Shown in pieces: positions 27,257 through 36,554 of a stretch of 57,986 bases of DNA (the first letter of the stretch is position 1; each line of letters begins with the position of its first letter). The notes beneath the pieces were generated by a model. That model did no database searches and had not been told where the DNA came from. It was given only the letters and a program-made list of their open reading frames with translations. A program made the translations under genes and the position numbers. The stretch covers positions 1-57,986 of the forward strand of contig DAOMOX010000001.1 in NCBI GenBank assembly GCA_035444565.1. The letters are read 5' to 3'. This stretch comes from Candidatus Dojkabacteria bacterium. GTDB taxonomy: Bacteria; Patescibacteriota; Dojkabacteria; B142; OLB20.

Positions 27257-28237
27257 TTAAGGAAACAATCCAAAGAATGGATTAAAAATATTTAAATACC
27301 CTGTACTTGCATCACCCAAGCCTGCATATAGAATTGCTCTTGAAGGATTTCCAGAATTTATTACCAAAGACGAAGGAAAAATAACATTCTTATGTTTAGG
27401 AGTTTTACACTCAAATTTTGGGAAATCATCAGATGTTACTATTACTTCTATAGGAGTAACTAGATGAGCTTTCCAGTTATATCTAAATACCATTGCTGCA
27501 TAGCTTTTACCGTTTTCATCTTCTTTTGCCACATGACCTAATACTCCAATAGTTCCATCATTCAACAAAAATAGCTGATTCACCCCCACCCAATTCCCAG
27601 GTGGTACTTGATTATAAATTATGCTTGCATTTATTAGGTTTTCTGGGACTAGATCATTTAATGATTCTATTATCGTGAAAGCAAGCACACCTCTTCTCAA
27701 AGAATCTAAATGAGGGCGTGTCATAACACCAATTCCATCGTCACCAAGGTCAATAAGTTGTGTATCCTTTTGACGGTCTGGTCCATAACCTATCATTTCA
27801 TACTCTTCGAAATCCCCATTTATTCTGTAGAATTCATTTCTGTAATTTGTAGCAAAAGGATTATCCGCGGTAGGTTCTGGCCACACCCTCACTCCAATTA
27901 AAATATTTTCACCTTTGATATTCACAACTGATGGATCTTCAAGATTTAACCCAGCAATATCACGAACAGGTCTCCACAAACCATCCTTACGTTTATATGG
28001 CACTGACAAAGAACCTTCAAAGGCTCTAGGTTCAACTCTGGCAAACATCGAGGTATTTCCACCCGGGATTAACTCGAAGGGCCCAGATGGATTGTAACAA
28101 TCCAATCCTCGATCCACGGGTAAGTTTAGAATCTCCCCCTTTTGGCCTAAAAAGGATTTATCTTTATACTCTTTAACTAATGCATCGAAGCTGGGCGGAA
28201 TAAATTTTGCTTCTTGGATATTTTCTCTTAAAAACAT
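27257..28237 (-). CDS. Hypothetical protein, possibly a beta-propeller glycoside-hydrolase-like fold (GH130/DUF1861-like)
   Basis: 326-aa soluble beta-rich ORF. The family call is a weak impression only. Confidence 0.35.
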   Translation of the reverse strand: MFLRENIQEAKFIPPSFDALVKEYKDKSFLGQKGEILNLPVDRGLDCYNPSGPFELIPGGNTSMFARVEPRAFEGSLSVPYKRKDGLWRPVRDIAGLNLEDPSVVNIKGENILIGVRVWPEPTADNPFATNYRNEFYRINGDFEEYEMIGYGPDRQKDTQLIDLGDDGIGVMTRPHLDSLRRGVLAFTIIESLNDLVPENLINASIIYNQVPPGNWVGVNQLFLLNDGTIGVLGHVAKEDENGKSYAAMVFRYNWKAHLVTPIEVIVTSDDFPKFECKTPKHKNVIFPSSLVINSGNPSRAILYAGLGDASTGYLNIFNPFFGLFP

Positions 28238-28320
28238 AATTCAACTCAGAACTTAAACATTTGAGAACTAGTTCCCTAGAAACCTTTTATACCATATAAT
28301 TAGTCAATAACTGAAAATTT

Positions 28321-28749
28321 ATGAAAATTTCTAATCAAAAATTACACGAGCTACAAAAAGAAGTAGAAACAAAAAGAAAATTTCTTGAGAATGAATTAGA
28401 AGAAGGTGTAAAACGTGGCGGTCCGATGGATTCTTTCAAGGAAGCCGCTGCAGTTTCCGCAAACTTACAAGCACATAATCAGAAGCTAAAAGAGCTTGAA
28501 GATATATTAAATGATGCAGAGGTATTACCTGACTACGTTGATGGAGATGAAATTATGCTAGGGAAATGGTTTGACATCGATATTGATACCGATTCAAAAC
28601 GTTTCCGATTAGTTGAGTCCATTGAAGCAGACATCAGTAAGAACTTATTATCCATTGATTCTCCATTAGGCAAAGCAGTGTTTGGAAAAAAACAAGGAGA
28701 AAAAATAAACTTCAATGAAAAAACCATAACCATTACGAATGTAGACTAG
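28321..28749 (+). CDS. GreA/GreB-family transcript cleavage factor-like protein
   Basis: N-terminal coiled coil, and a C-terminal domain with SIDSPLGKAVFGKKQGEKI typical of the GreA C-terminal domain. Confidence 0.7.
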   Translation: MKISNQKLHELQKEVETKRKFLENELEEGVKRGGPMDSFKEAAAVSANLQAHNQKLKELEDILNDAEVLPDYVDGDEIMLGKWFDIDIDTDSKRFRLVESIEADISKNLLSIDSPLGKAVFGKKQGEKINFNEKTITITNVD

Positions 28750-28973
28750 AACTCCTCCTGCATCTTAACTCATAGTTCCCTTCATCAAATTTTTACAAAA
28801 CTTAAATTTTTCCTTAACTCACTAAAGTTATTATAGATATAGTTTCTAAACTTTAACCGGGACTTGATTATTAAAGTAACGAACTTATTCTATGCTTATT
28901 AATAATTGAGTTCATTGTGTTTACGAAACTATTTGTTGAAAGATAGATTTATATTTTTTATTTTATTTTTTAC

Positions 28974-28980
28974 AAGGAGG
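28974..28980 (+). promoter_or_regulatory. Shine-Dalgarno sequence AAGGAGG
   Basis: aaggagg lies 8 nt upstream of ATG 28989, at the end of a 240-nt AT-rich leader. Confidence 0.6.
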
Positions 28981-28988
28981 CAAATACC

Positions 28989-29513
28989 ATGGCAAATACT
29001 ATTTTCGGAATTTTCGCAGAACGTGAATCTGCAGAAGAAGCAATAAATTCACTTAAATCTCAAGGATACGATCCTAAAGATATCTCTATCGTAGTTAAGG
29101 ATAGATCAGAAGGAGAAAGAATTGCAGAAGAGACTGGTTCAGACGTCGCAGAAGGAGCAGTAGCAGGTGCTACATCGGGTGCAATATTAGGAGGATTAGC
29201 TGGTTTACTTGCAAGTTTTGTATTACCAGGTATCGGAGCTTTATTCGTCGGTGGTCCAATAGCAGCTGCGTTAGGATTGACTGGAGCTGCTGCTACAGTA
29301 ACATCTGGAGTTGCAACCGGAGCCCTAGCAGGTGGTTTAATCGGAGCATTAACTGGATTAGGTTTACCTGAAGAAGATGCAAGAGTCTACGAAGAAAGAA
29401 TTAAAGAAGGTGGAATTCTCGTTGCTGTATCAGCACACAGTAGTGAAGAAGTTCTAGTGGAAAATATATTTTCAGAAAACCATGCTGAAGATGTGAAATC
29501 AGTTTCAGTCTAA
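28989..29513 (+). CDS. General stress protein 17M/YflT-like domain protein with a Gly-zipper membrane segment
   Basis: N-terminus IFGIFAERESAEEAINSLKSQGYDPKDISIVVKD, then a Gly/Ala-rich hydrophobic region. Confidence 0.65.
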   Translation: MANTIFGIFAERESAEEAINSLKSQGYDPKDISIVVKDRSEGERIAEETGSDVAEGAVAGATSGAILGGLAGLLASFVLPGIGALFVGGPIAAALGLTGAAATVTSGVATGALAGGLIGALTGLGLPEEDARVYEERIKEGGILVAVSAHSSEEVLVENIFSENHAEDVKSVSV

Positions 29514-29546
29514 AGAAGACTCACAAAAGCTTCACAGAAATTAAAA

Positions 29547-29576
29547 AAAGAGCTTCCCAATTTTGGGGAGCTCTTT
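29547..29576. terminator. Bidirectional intrinsic terminator hairpin between convergent genes
   Basis: 12-bp stem aaagagcttccc/ggggagctcttt (one G-U pair) with loop aatttt. The A-run and T-run inside the stem arms give a U-tract on either strand. Confidence 0.65.
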
Positions 29577-29615
29577 GAATTTATTATTGTTTTGAACTAA
29601 TTGCTACAATTCTAT

Positions 29616-30374
29616 TTATGGTAGTAAATTCCCTCCTCTTAGATGTGGTAAAACATTTAATGCATCTTTATTACTTATCGCTGACACATTTGAACGCAAC
29701 AACTTGCTTGCTATTGCACTAATAGGTAAATCTCCAGTCATTACAGCTGTTATCATTACATATGTCAGGTAATTATTTTTTCCTCCTGTATTTTGATGCT
29801 TTAAGTTTTTACCTTTAGAGTAGTACTTTACATCCTCATTTAACGCTATTGCATCTATATATTGCAAAAAAACAATAGGAGGCATCCCATGTAATTCTGG
29901 AATTCTCTCAGAGATATATTTGACTACCTCTAAGTTTGGTTCATATCGGAAGAAAACTTTATCAGTCTCATCACGTTGTTCTTTGTGGTCTAACAAAAAA
30001 GCGGATCTAAAAAATAACACAGCTAATAATTCAACGCAGTATCTATCTGTTCGTGCGACTTCTTCTAAGTCATAAATGACATTTCCGAATGTTGCCGCTA
30101 AATTAAGATTTTCTCCATGGTGAAAGATATCGGGTCTCATATCATGTATATTTAACTGTCCTGCATAATTTGTTTGAGACTCTTTCCCAGGTTTACCTAA
30201 TTTTATTTCATATCCCTGTTCACCACTCCAAATTGTGGTATACTCTTTATTCTCAAATGTGCCAGTTGGCCAGCTAATCGCCTCCTTTATTCTATTTAAT
30301 CTTTTCTCATAAACTACACTTTGACTAGGTGGATTACCCTCTATTTTCAAAATTTCATCAAACCTGGAATTCAT
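29616..30374 (-). CDS. Hypothetical protein; candidate cognate restriction endonuclease of the adjacent C5-methyltransferase
   Basis: 252-aa ORF transcribed divergently from the methyltransferase across a 115-bp gap. I recognise no nuclease motif with confidence, so the call is by context. Confidence 0.4.
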   Translation of the reverse strand: MNSRFDEILKIEGNPPSQSVVYEKRLNRIKEAISWPTGTFENKEYTTIWSGEQGYEIKLGKPGKESQTNYAGQLNIHDMRPDIFHHGENLNLAATFGNVIYDLEEVARTDRYCVELLAVLFFRSAFLLDHKEQRDETDKVFFRYEPNLEVVKYISERIPELHGMPPIVFLQYIDAIALNEDVKYYSKGKNLKHQNTGGKNNYLTYVMITAVMTGDLPISAIASKLLRSNVSAISNKDALNVLPHLRGGNLLP

Positions 30375-30489
30375 TTTAATAGATTCTTAAATATTATAAT
30401 TAGTAAACTTAATATGCTTAATCCATATCTTGATCCATATTAGAATTAATGATATCATAAAGTATTCATATAAAATATTGTTTTGATTC

Positions 30490-31758
30490 ATGGAAAAAAT
30501 AAAAGTAGTGGAGCTATTTGCTGGTGTTGGAGGTTTTAGACTCGGCCTTGAGGGAACCCCTGAACAACGCAAATCATACCACGAGAACTATAATACAATA
30601 TGGTTTAATCAGTGGGAACCTGCTACAAAGACACAACACGCTCACCAGGTTTATGTTAATCGCTTTGGAAATGATGTAGTGAATTCAGAATTCACAAATA
30701 TTGATGTGGCAAATGTAATAGATAAAGTTCCTGTACATGATTTACTAGTTGGGGGATTTCCTTGCCAAGATTATTCTGTTGCACGTAATTTATCAGCATC
30801 CGCTGGTCTTGAAGGAAAAAAAGGTGTTCTGTGGTGGTCAATTTATAAAATATTAAAGAAACAAGGGAAAAAAGCACCTAAGTATCTACTACTAGAAAAT
30901 GTTGATAGACTTCTGTCCTCACCTGCCTCTCGACGAGGACGTGATTTTGCAATCATTTTATCCTCACTAAGTGAACTAGGTTATTCCGTTGAATGGAGAG
31001 TAATTAATGCTGCTGATTACGGAATGCCTCAACGCAGAAGAAGAATATTTATTATAGGTTATCGGCAGGGCTCTAACATCTTCAATAAATTAAACAGAAA
31101 AATCAATCCACTTAAATGGTTAGAAGAGGAAGGCGTTGTTCAGCAATCTTTCCCCGCAAAAGTTTTAAGCCAAATCAACATGATAGAAATTAATCCGGAC
31201 CCTGTTGTTGTATCAAACACATTTAATCTAACAAAACCTAAAAAATCCCCTTTTGCAAATTCAGGAATAATGATTAACGGCACTGCATATACGGCCATAG
31301 TTAAACCAATATACATAGGTAAAACTATAACTTTAAATGATATTATAATAAAAGATTTGAATGAAATTTCTGACGAATTTTTTATTTCAAAAACAGATTT
31401 AGATAGATGGGCCTATCTCAAAGGAGCAAAGAATGAGCCTCGTAAGGGTGCGAACGGTTACGAATTCATATACAAAGAAGGCGCTGTTGCATTTCCCGAC
31501 CCACTTGATAAACCTTCACGTACAATTATTACGAGCGAAGGAGGTTCTTCACCTTCAAGATTTAAACATGTAATACAAACACCGAAAGGGCTCCGAAGAC
31601 TCACTCCAATAGAATTGGAACGATTATGTATGTTTCCCGATAATCATACAAAAGGACATAGCGATACAAAAAGAGCATTTTTTATGGGGAATGCGCTGGT
31701 TGTAGGAGTAATCGATGGTTTGGGAAGAGCATTAATAAAAGTACACGAATCCTCTTAA
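30490..31758 (+). CDS. DNA (cytosine-5)-methyltransferase
   Basis: Motif I LFAGVGG, IV GFPCQDYS, VI LLENV, VIII QRRRRIFIIG, X GNALVVGV. A variable target-recognition region lies between VIII and IX. Confidence 0.93.
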   Translation: MEKIKVVELFAGVGGFRLGLEGTPEQRKSYHENYNTIWFNQWEPATKTQHAHQVYVNRFGNDVVNSEFTNIDVANVIDKVPVHDLLVGGFPCQDYSVARNLSASAGLEGKKGVLWWSIYKILKKQGKKAPKYLLLENVDRLLSSPASRRGRDFAIILSSLSELGYSVEWRVINAADYGMPQRRRRIFIIGYRQGSNIFNKLNRKINPLKWLEEEGVVQQSFPAKVLSQINMIEINPDPVVVSNTFNLTKPKKSPFANSGIMINGTAYTAIVKPIYIGKTITLNDIIIKDLNEISDEFFISKTDLDRWAYLKGAKNEPRKGANGYEFIYKEGAVAFPDPLDKPSRTIITSEGGSSPSRFKHVIQTPKGLRRLTPIELERLCMFPDNHTKGHSDTKRAFFMGNALVVGVIDGLGRALIKVHESS

Positions 31759-31797
31759 TGGATAATTGAAATTGTACAATTAGATTTAAGGCAATTA

Positions 31798-31950
31798 TTA
31801 GTCCCACGTAATAAAATGGAGCAGGGGAACCTATGGCTGGTCGAGCAGCCTGCCTGTCGGCAGACAGGGATTCCTCAATCAGCAGTTAGTGAGTTAGCGA
31901 ACTTTACTGCTGATTAGTCCCACGAAGCATTAGCGAAGTGGGAGAACCTA
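31798..31950. repeat. tRNA-Asn trailer cluster: two related hairpin repeats (ttagtcccacg...gga(g)aaccta) enclosing three further GC-rich hairpins
   Basis: R1 at 31798-31833 and R2 at 31914-31950 share both ends. Between them are hairpins ggctg-gtcgag-cagcc (31835-31850), cctgtc-ggca-gacagg (31853-31868) and aatcagcag-21 nt-ctgctgatt (31877-31915). Confidence 0.65.
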
Positions 31951-31961
31951 AATTTTCAAAA

Positions 31962-32033
31962 CTGGCCAGCTAGGACTCGAACCTAGAACCTATCCGTTAA
32001 CAGCGGATTGCACTACCATTGTGCTACTGGCCA
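31962..32033 (-). tRNA. tRNA-Asn (anticodon GUU), CCA not encoded
   Basis: Reverse complement folds as tggccag-ta-gcac-aatggta-gtgc-a-atccg-ctgttaa-cggat-aggtt-ctagg-ttcgagt-cctag-ctggcca-g. 72 nt. Confidence 0.92.
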
Positions 32034-32087
32034 TTACTTCTGTCTTTATAACTCACAAATAGTTTACTACACTTAGATTGGTATCCC

Positions 32088-32278
32088 CCCGTACAACTCG
32101 CGATGCTCGTTTACGGGACAAATTCGGTTAGACTCACACTTCGCTTACGCTCGTGTTCGTCAACGCCTTTGCAATTATATAGAACAAAGAGTTAGGTCCC
32201 GTACAACTCGCGATGCTCGTTTACGGGACAAATTCGGCTAGTCTCACACATCGCTTACGCTCGTGTTCGTCAACGCCT
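32088..32278. repeat. Two 81-nt direct repeats (78/81 identical) spaced 110 nt apart in the divergent tRNA-Asn/fur-like intergenic region
   Basis: 32088-32168 versus 32198-32278 differ only at 32128/32238, 32132/32242 and 32140/32250. Each starts with hairpin cccgta-18 nt-tacggg. Confidence 0.8.
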
Positions 32279-32410
32279 CATTTGATTATACCCGAAAAGT
32301 CACTTTCGACCAATTGAGTCTGAAAAAACAGATTCATCAATAATTTGGAAATATGAGACAATATGTGTCCGAATCTTGTATTATTACTCTTTCAATTTTA
32401 TGATTAAGTC

Positions 32411-32833
32411 ATGGAAACCACAAACTTTATAAAAGACTTAAAATCGAAAGGACTAAAACTAAACAACTCCAGGATGCAAATCCTAGAGTTGTTCCTAGGT
32501 AATCACACATCCTATAGCGCTCCAGAGCTTGTTGAGTTATTAAAATCAAAAATGGATAGAGCTACCGTTTATAGAAATCTTAATTTTTTCGTTGAAAATA
32601 AAATCCTCGACCAAATCCAACTTCAAAGCGAGGCACCAAAATATGAATTAACTATACTAGAGCATCATCATCATTTGATCTGTAAACATTGTAAAAAGAT
32701 ATCTTGTATCAAATCAAAATCTCTAGAGAGTGCACTCGAATCAACAAAAAACGAAATTAATGATTTCACAATCACAGATCATGTTTTTGAATTCTACGGA
32801 TTATGCAAAGATTGTATAAACGATGAAGAATAA
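32411..32833 (+). CDS. Fur-family metalloregulator (Fur/Zur/PerR-like)
   Basis: Winged-helix N-terminus (ATVYRNLNFF), HHHHLICKHC and a C-terminal CKDC metal-site pair. Confidence 0.85.
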   Translation: METTNFIKDLKSKGLKLNNSRMQILELFLGNHTSYSAPELVELLKSKMDRATVYRNLNFFVENKILDQIQLQSEAPKYELTILEHHHHLICKHCKKISCIKSKSLESALESTKNEINDFTITDHVFEFYGLCKDCINDEE

Positions 32834-33872
32834 AATTTTCAAATCCAAGAAATCCTTATTCTTACTTTATTTAGGAATTTTCCTATTCTTAGCATTAATT
32901 AGCTACTTCTTCGTCAACCCCCTATTTATGCTCGTTTACCAGATCTTACGTATTACTCTGATTGGTTTAACAACTCTATTTATATTCTTAAGTATCTTGG
33001 TGTTTGTTGGTCTCCGTGACCAAGCCGTAGAAATTATTAAAAGAGTTATTGATGGCTCTTTGACGTCCATTGATATTTATGAGGCCGTTAAGAGGTTTTC
33101 ACGAAATGCATTAAGGAAACTAAAGAATTTACTAAAAAATTTAGCGCCATTATACGCATTCGTTATTAATGTGTATCTATACTTTCTTCTAATATTTCTT
33201 TTTAAATATGTCGGGTCAGTTTACGATGTTACAATTTTTACTGTTGTTCTCACCTTTGTCCTTGTCATTACTACAGCATTCTTAACAAGACCTGGGAATC
33301 GCAAAGATTTTGATTCATTCAAAGACAGCTTTGTTGCAAATTTTACCGATTTTTTCGAGATCACTCTTTTTGTCTTTTTTCTCACTATTGACTCCGAGAA
33401 ATTGTTTTTCTTACCTGAAGGTCTCAATACAGAGCTGGTAGCACGAATTGGTAATTACGATTTAATGGTGAGGGGAATCAATTTCTACGATAATTTCAAT
33501 ACTACAATAAATATAATTCTATTCATTCTAATTATTGAAATTGCCAGGAACGCACTAGGTTTTTATCTTATCGCAAAGAAATATGCAGAAGTAATGGAAA
33601 AATCGAAAATCAAAGACAATGAATCAATATTAAAGTTATCAATAAAACAAAGTTTATATAAAAATATAGATGATATTGTTAAATTTATCACCTACATAAC
33701 ATTTGTAGTTTTTGTTTTCCTATTTTTCCCTCGCTTAAAGCTTCTAGCGATGGCTGTGGCAAGTTTAGGTGCACTTGTCGCAGATTTTCTTTTCACAGAT
33801 AGGCTCACTGCTACAACCGAAAAGAAACAAGATTTACTAGGTAAAATACTTGCACGGTTATTCCGGTTATAA
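32823..33872 (+). CDS. Hypothetical polytopic membrane protein
   Basis: 349 aa with about 8 hydrophobic segments. The start overlaps the Fur-family stop by 11 nt. Confidence 0.6.
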   Translation: MKNKIFKSKKSLFLLYLGIFLFLALISYFFVNPLFMLVYQILRITLIGLTTLFIFLSILVFVGLRDQAVEIIKRVIDGSLTSIDIYEAVKRFSRNALRKLKNLLKNLAPLYAFVINVYLYFLLIFLFKYVGSVYDVTIFTVVLTFVLVITTAFLTRPGNRKDFDSFKDSFVANFTDFFEITLFVFFLTIDSEKLFFLPEGLNTELVARIGNYDLMVRGINFYDNFNTTINIILFILIIEIARNALGFYLIAKKYAEVMEKSKIKDNESILKLSIKQSLYKNIDDIVKFITYITFVVFVFLFFPRLKLLAMAVASLGALVADFLFTDRLTATTEKKQDLLGKILARLFRL

Positions 33873-33933
33873 TATCGTCGTTTTTCTGTTATAATGCATA
33901 GAACTTTATATCCGAATATTTCACATAAACGAG

Positions 33934-34416
33934 ATGTACAAAATTAACGATACCATCGTCTACCCTATTTATGGTTGCGGAAAAATCAAAGATATCCATC
34001 AAGAAGAAGTTGGTGGAAATCTTATTGAATATTTCGAACTTGAGTTTCCTGATACGAATATAAGTATTTCGATTCCAACCTCACAAACCGATAACCTCTG
34101 TGTCCGCAAATCCATGAAGAAAGAAGACTTAAAGACTGCTCTCAAAAACCTCTGGAAAAAAGTCAAACTTGATAAAGACGATGCAATTAATATGGATGTT
34201 ATTGCAAAAGAACATCTTAATACTGGCACAATCGAAGATGCAATCAAATTAATCAACATGATAAAAGCAAGCGAGAGAACCAAAAGCGAAAACAACAAAG
34301 CATTAAGTTTTTCTGACGATTACAATCTAAAAATCGCAATCAACTTTGTCCGTAGTGAAGTTGAACACGTACTCGGGAAAAAAGCAGCAAAAGAGAACAA
34401 ACTTACGATAGATTAA
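33934..34416 (+). CDS. CarD/CdnL-family RNA-polymerase-binding regulator
   Basis: N-terminal Tudor-like motif NDTIVYPIYGCGKIKDI...IEYFELEF. Confidence 0.75.
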   Translation: MYKINDTIVYPIYGCGKIKDIHQEEVGGNLIEYFELEFPDTNISISIPTSQTDNLCVRKSMKKEDLKTALKNLWKKVKLDKDDAINMDVIAKEHLNTGTIEDAIKLINMIKASERTKSENNKALSFSDDYNLKIAINFVRSEVEHVLGKKAAKENKLTID

Positions 34417-34547
34417 ACCCTCTTATTTCTCATAATTCACGTCTTAAAGCGTCCATATTTAATGGATTTCTGTGTATTAAATCACTCATGTTTTTTGTAG
34501 AATTATATGTTAATCTTATTTATTAAGTATTTTATAATCTACAAAAT

Positions 34548-35516
34548 ATGAAAAGTAACAAAGCCATCCTTATACTAATAATCTTCTCATTTTTCGCATT
34601 ACTAATTTGCTGTTGCGTTTTTATGTTTGCATTATCTTCTGTTCCTGTGGATGAAAACCTATATTCATCTCAAGTGGTGCAAAGCGGGGACGAAACCCAA
34701 ACAGTTGCTATCGTTGAAGTTAAAGACGTAATATCGAGACAAAAAACTGTCGATATGTGGGGAAACGAAACTCCTGATATGACTAGCGAAATAATTAATA
34801 AGATTGACCAAGCACAGAACAATGACTCAGTAAAAGCGCTTTTACTCGAAGTAGACTCTCCTGGAGGGGATGTGTATGCTTCAAAACTTATTTACAATAA
34901 AATTGTAGAGTTTAAAGAAACAGGAAAACCAGTTGTGGCTTTCATGCAAGATATAGCAGCATCAGGAGGTTATATGGTTTCCGCACCTGCAGATCAAATA
35001 GTAGCATCGGAAGTAACTGTTACGGGAAGTATAGGAGTTATAGCATCATACGTTGATTATGAGGAACTATTTGACAAAGTAGGACTAGAACAAGTGAATA
35101 TAGTTAATACCGAAGGTAAAAATAAGGCAGGAGAAGATTTGAAAGACAAAGAAAGTGAAGCTTACATCCTTTATCAAGGAATCTTAGATGATATTTACGA
35201 CGAGTTCATCGAGATAGTTGCTGACGGAAGAGGCATGACCAAAGAAGAAGTTATTGAGTTAGCTGATGGAAGAGTCTATACAGGGACACAAGCTATAGAA
35301 AACGGACTTATCGATGAATTAGGAGAAGATAAAGAAGCATATGACTTAATAGCAAGCCTAGCAAGTCTTAATAATCCAAACTTTATTAGGTACGAAAACG
35401 AAGAAAATCCATTTTCGCTATACAGCATGTCTCTAAAAAACATACTTTTTCCCGAATTATCTGCAATAGAATCCAAAAAGCCCGGATTATCAGTTCAATA
35501 TCTGATGAAAATCTGA
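34548..35516 (+). CDS. sppA: Signal peptide peptidase SppA (36K type)
   Basis: N-terminal TM. VDSPGGDVYAS, ASGGYMVSAPAD, TGSIGV (Ser nucleophile), plus a downstream Lys region. Confidence 0.88.
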   Translation: MKSNKAILILIIFSFFALLICCCVFMFALSSVPVDENLYSSQVVQSGDETQTVAIVEVKDVISRQKTVDMWGNETPDMTSEIINKIDQAQNNDSVKALLLEVDSPGGDVYASKLIYNKIVEFKETGKPVVAFMQDIAASGGYMVSAPADQIVASEVTVTGSIGVIASYVDYEELFDKVGLEQVNIVNTEGKNKAGEDLKDKESEAYILYQGILDDIYDEFIEIVADGRGMTKEEVIELADGRVYTGTQAIENGLIDELGEDKEAYDLIASLASLNNPNFIRYENEENPFSLYSMSLKNILFPELSAIESKKPGLSVQYLMKI

Positions 35517-35519
35517 TAG

Positions 35520-36134
35520 ATGAAGATCACCAGACTGAAAAGAGGTGTGCGAAATGCACAAAAGATTGCCATTTATGTTGACTCAAAGTATACTTTTAGT
35601 GTATTAGAAAGTATACTTGTTGATGAAAACCTATATATTGACAAAGAAATCACAGAAGAAGACCTTGATAGGATAAAAGATTTAACAGAATCACTAGAAT
35701 TAAAAGTAAAATTAATAAATCTTATTTCACGAAGGCCAAGGTCTGAACGAGAGATTCAACAATATCTCTTAAAACAAAATATCAAAGATAACAAAGGCAT
35801 TATTGAAACACTGAAAAACGAAGGATATATTGATGATACGAAATTCACAGAATGGTGGATTGATCAGAGAGTAGCATTTAAAAATCGAAGTATAAATGAA
35901 ATAAGAAGTGAATTACTTGGTAAAGGGATAAGTAATGATATAATTGAAAACGCGATTGGGGAAGCAGACATGACAGAAAGCGAGTTGAAGTCGATAAAAC
36001 TACTCGCCGAAAAGAAAAAAAGCTTATTAAAGCATAAAAAACTGACCACAGAGCAATTGAATGAAAAAGTAGTGCAATTTCTTCTCAGAAAAGGATTTCG
36101 CTGGGAGCTCATTCAAAAGGCACTGGAAAAGTAA
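35520..36134 (+). CDS. recX: RecX-family regulatory protein
   Basis: Three-repeat helical pattern (RRPRSEREIQQYLLKQ, DDTKFTEWWI, QFLLRKGF). Confidence 0.7.
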   Translation: MKITRLKRGVRNAQKIAIYVDSKYTFSVLESILVDENLYIDKEITEEDLDRIKDLTESLELKVKLINLISRRPRSEREIQQYLLKQNIKDNKGIIETLKNEGYIDDTKFTEWWIDQRVAFKNRSINEIRSELLGKGISNDIIENAIGEADMTESELKSIKLLAEKKKSLLKHKKLTTEQLNEKVVQFLLRKGFRWELIQKALEK

Positions 36135-36165
36135 TTAAAAAGTTAATTATTATCCTGTTAAGTAT

Positions 36166-36477
36166 ATGAACAACATTGGTGCAAAAATTAAAACCGCTAG
36201 AGAAGATGCAAAAATGTCCCAACTTCAAGTAGCAGTAGCCTTGAGTGTCTCAGATAAAACCATTTCTGGTTATGAATCAAATCGTATTTGTCCACCAATT
36301 GACAAACTACAGCAAATCAGTGATTTACTGAAAAAACCAATAACTTTTTTTCTTGAGAACGATACCAAAGACTATAAAATTGCATCTCGTTTGACAGCAG
36401 TTGAAATTGCACTTAGAGATATTAGGCAGGAACTTCGGGAAATCAAAGTACTTTCCCAGAAAAATAATTTAGATTAA
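36166..36477 (+). CDS. XRE-family helix-turn-helix transcriptional regulator
   Basis: IKTAREDAKMSQLQVAVALSVSDKTISGYESNR HTH_3 pattern. Confidence 0.8.
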   Translation: MNNIGAKIKTAREDAKMSQLQVAVALSVSDKTISGYESNRICPPIDKLQQISDLLKKPITFFLENDTKDYKIASRLTAVEIALRDIRQELREIKVLSQKNNLD

Positions 36478-36554
36478 TACTTTTACAAAAGCACCTACTA
36501 GATGGTAAAATCATTAATCGCTTTATGCAGTTGTAATTATTTATAAATTTGATC

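Noticed and set aside
28750-32033. Classical integrase-mediated genomic island at tRNA-Asn carrying the methyltransferase/endonuclease pair
   Set aside because: There is no integrase or excisionase gene. I could find no distal copy of the tRNA-Asn 3' end at 28750-28988 or 29514-29615. The tRNA-related repeats are all within 170 nt of the tRNA. Accessory status remains plausible, but an att-bounded island is not supported.
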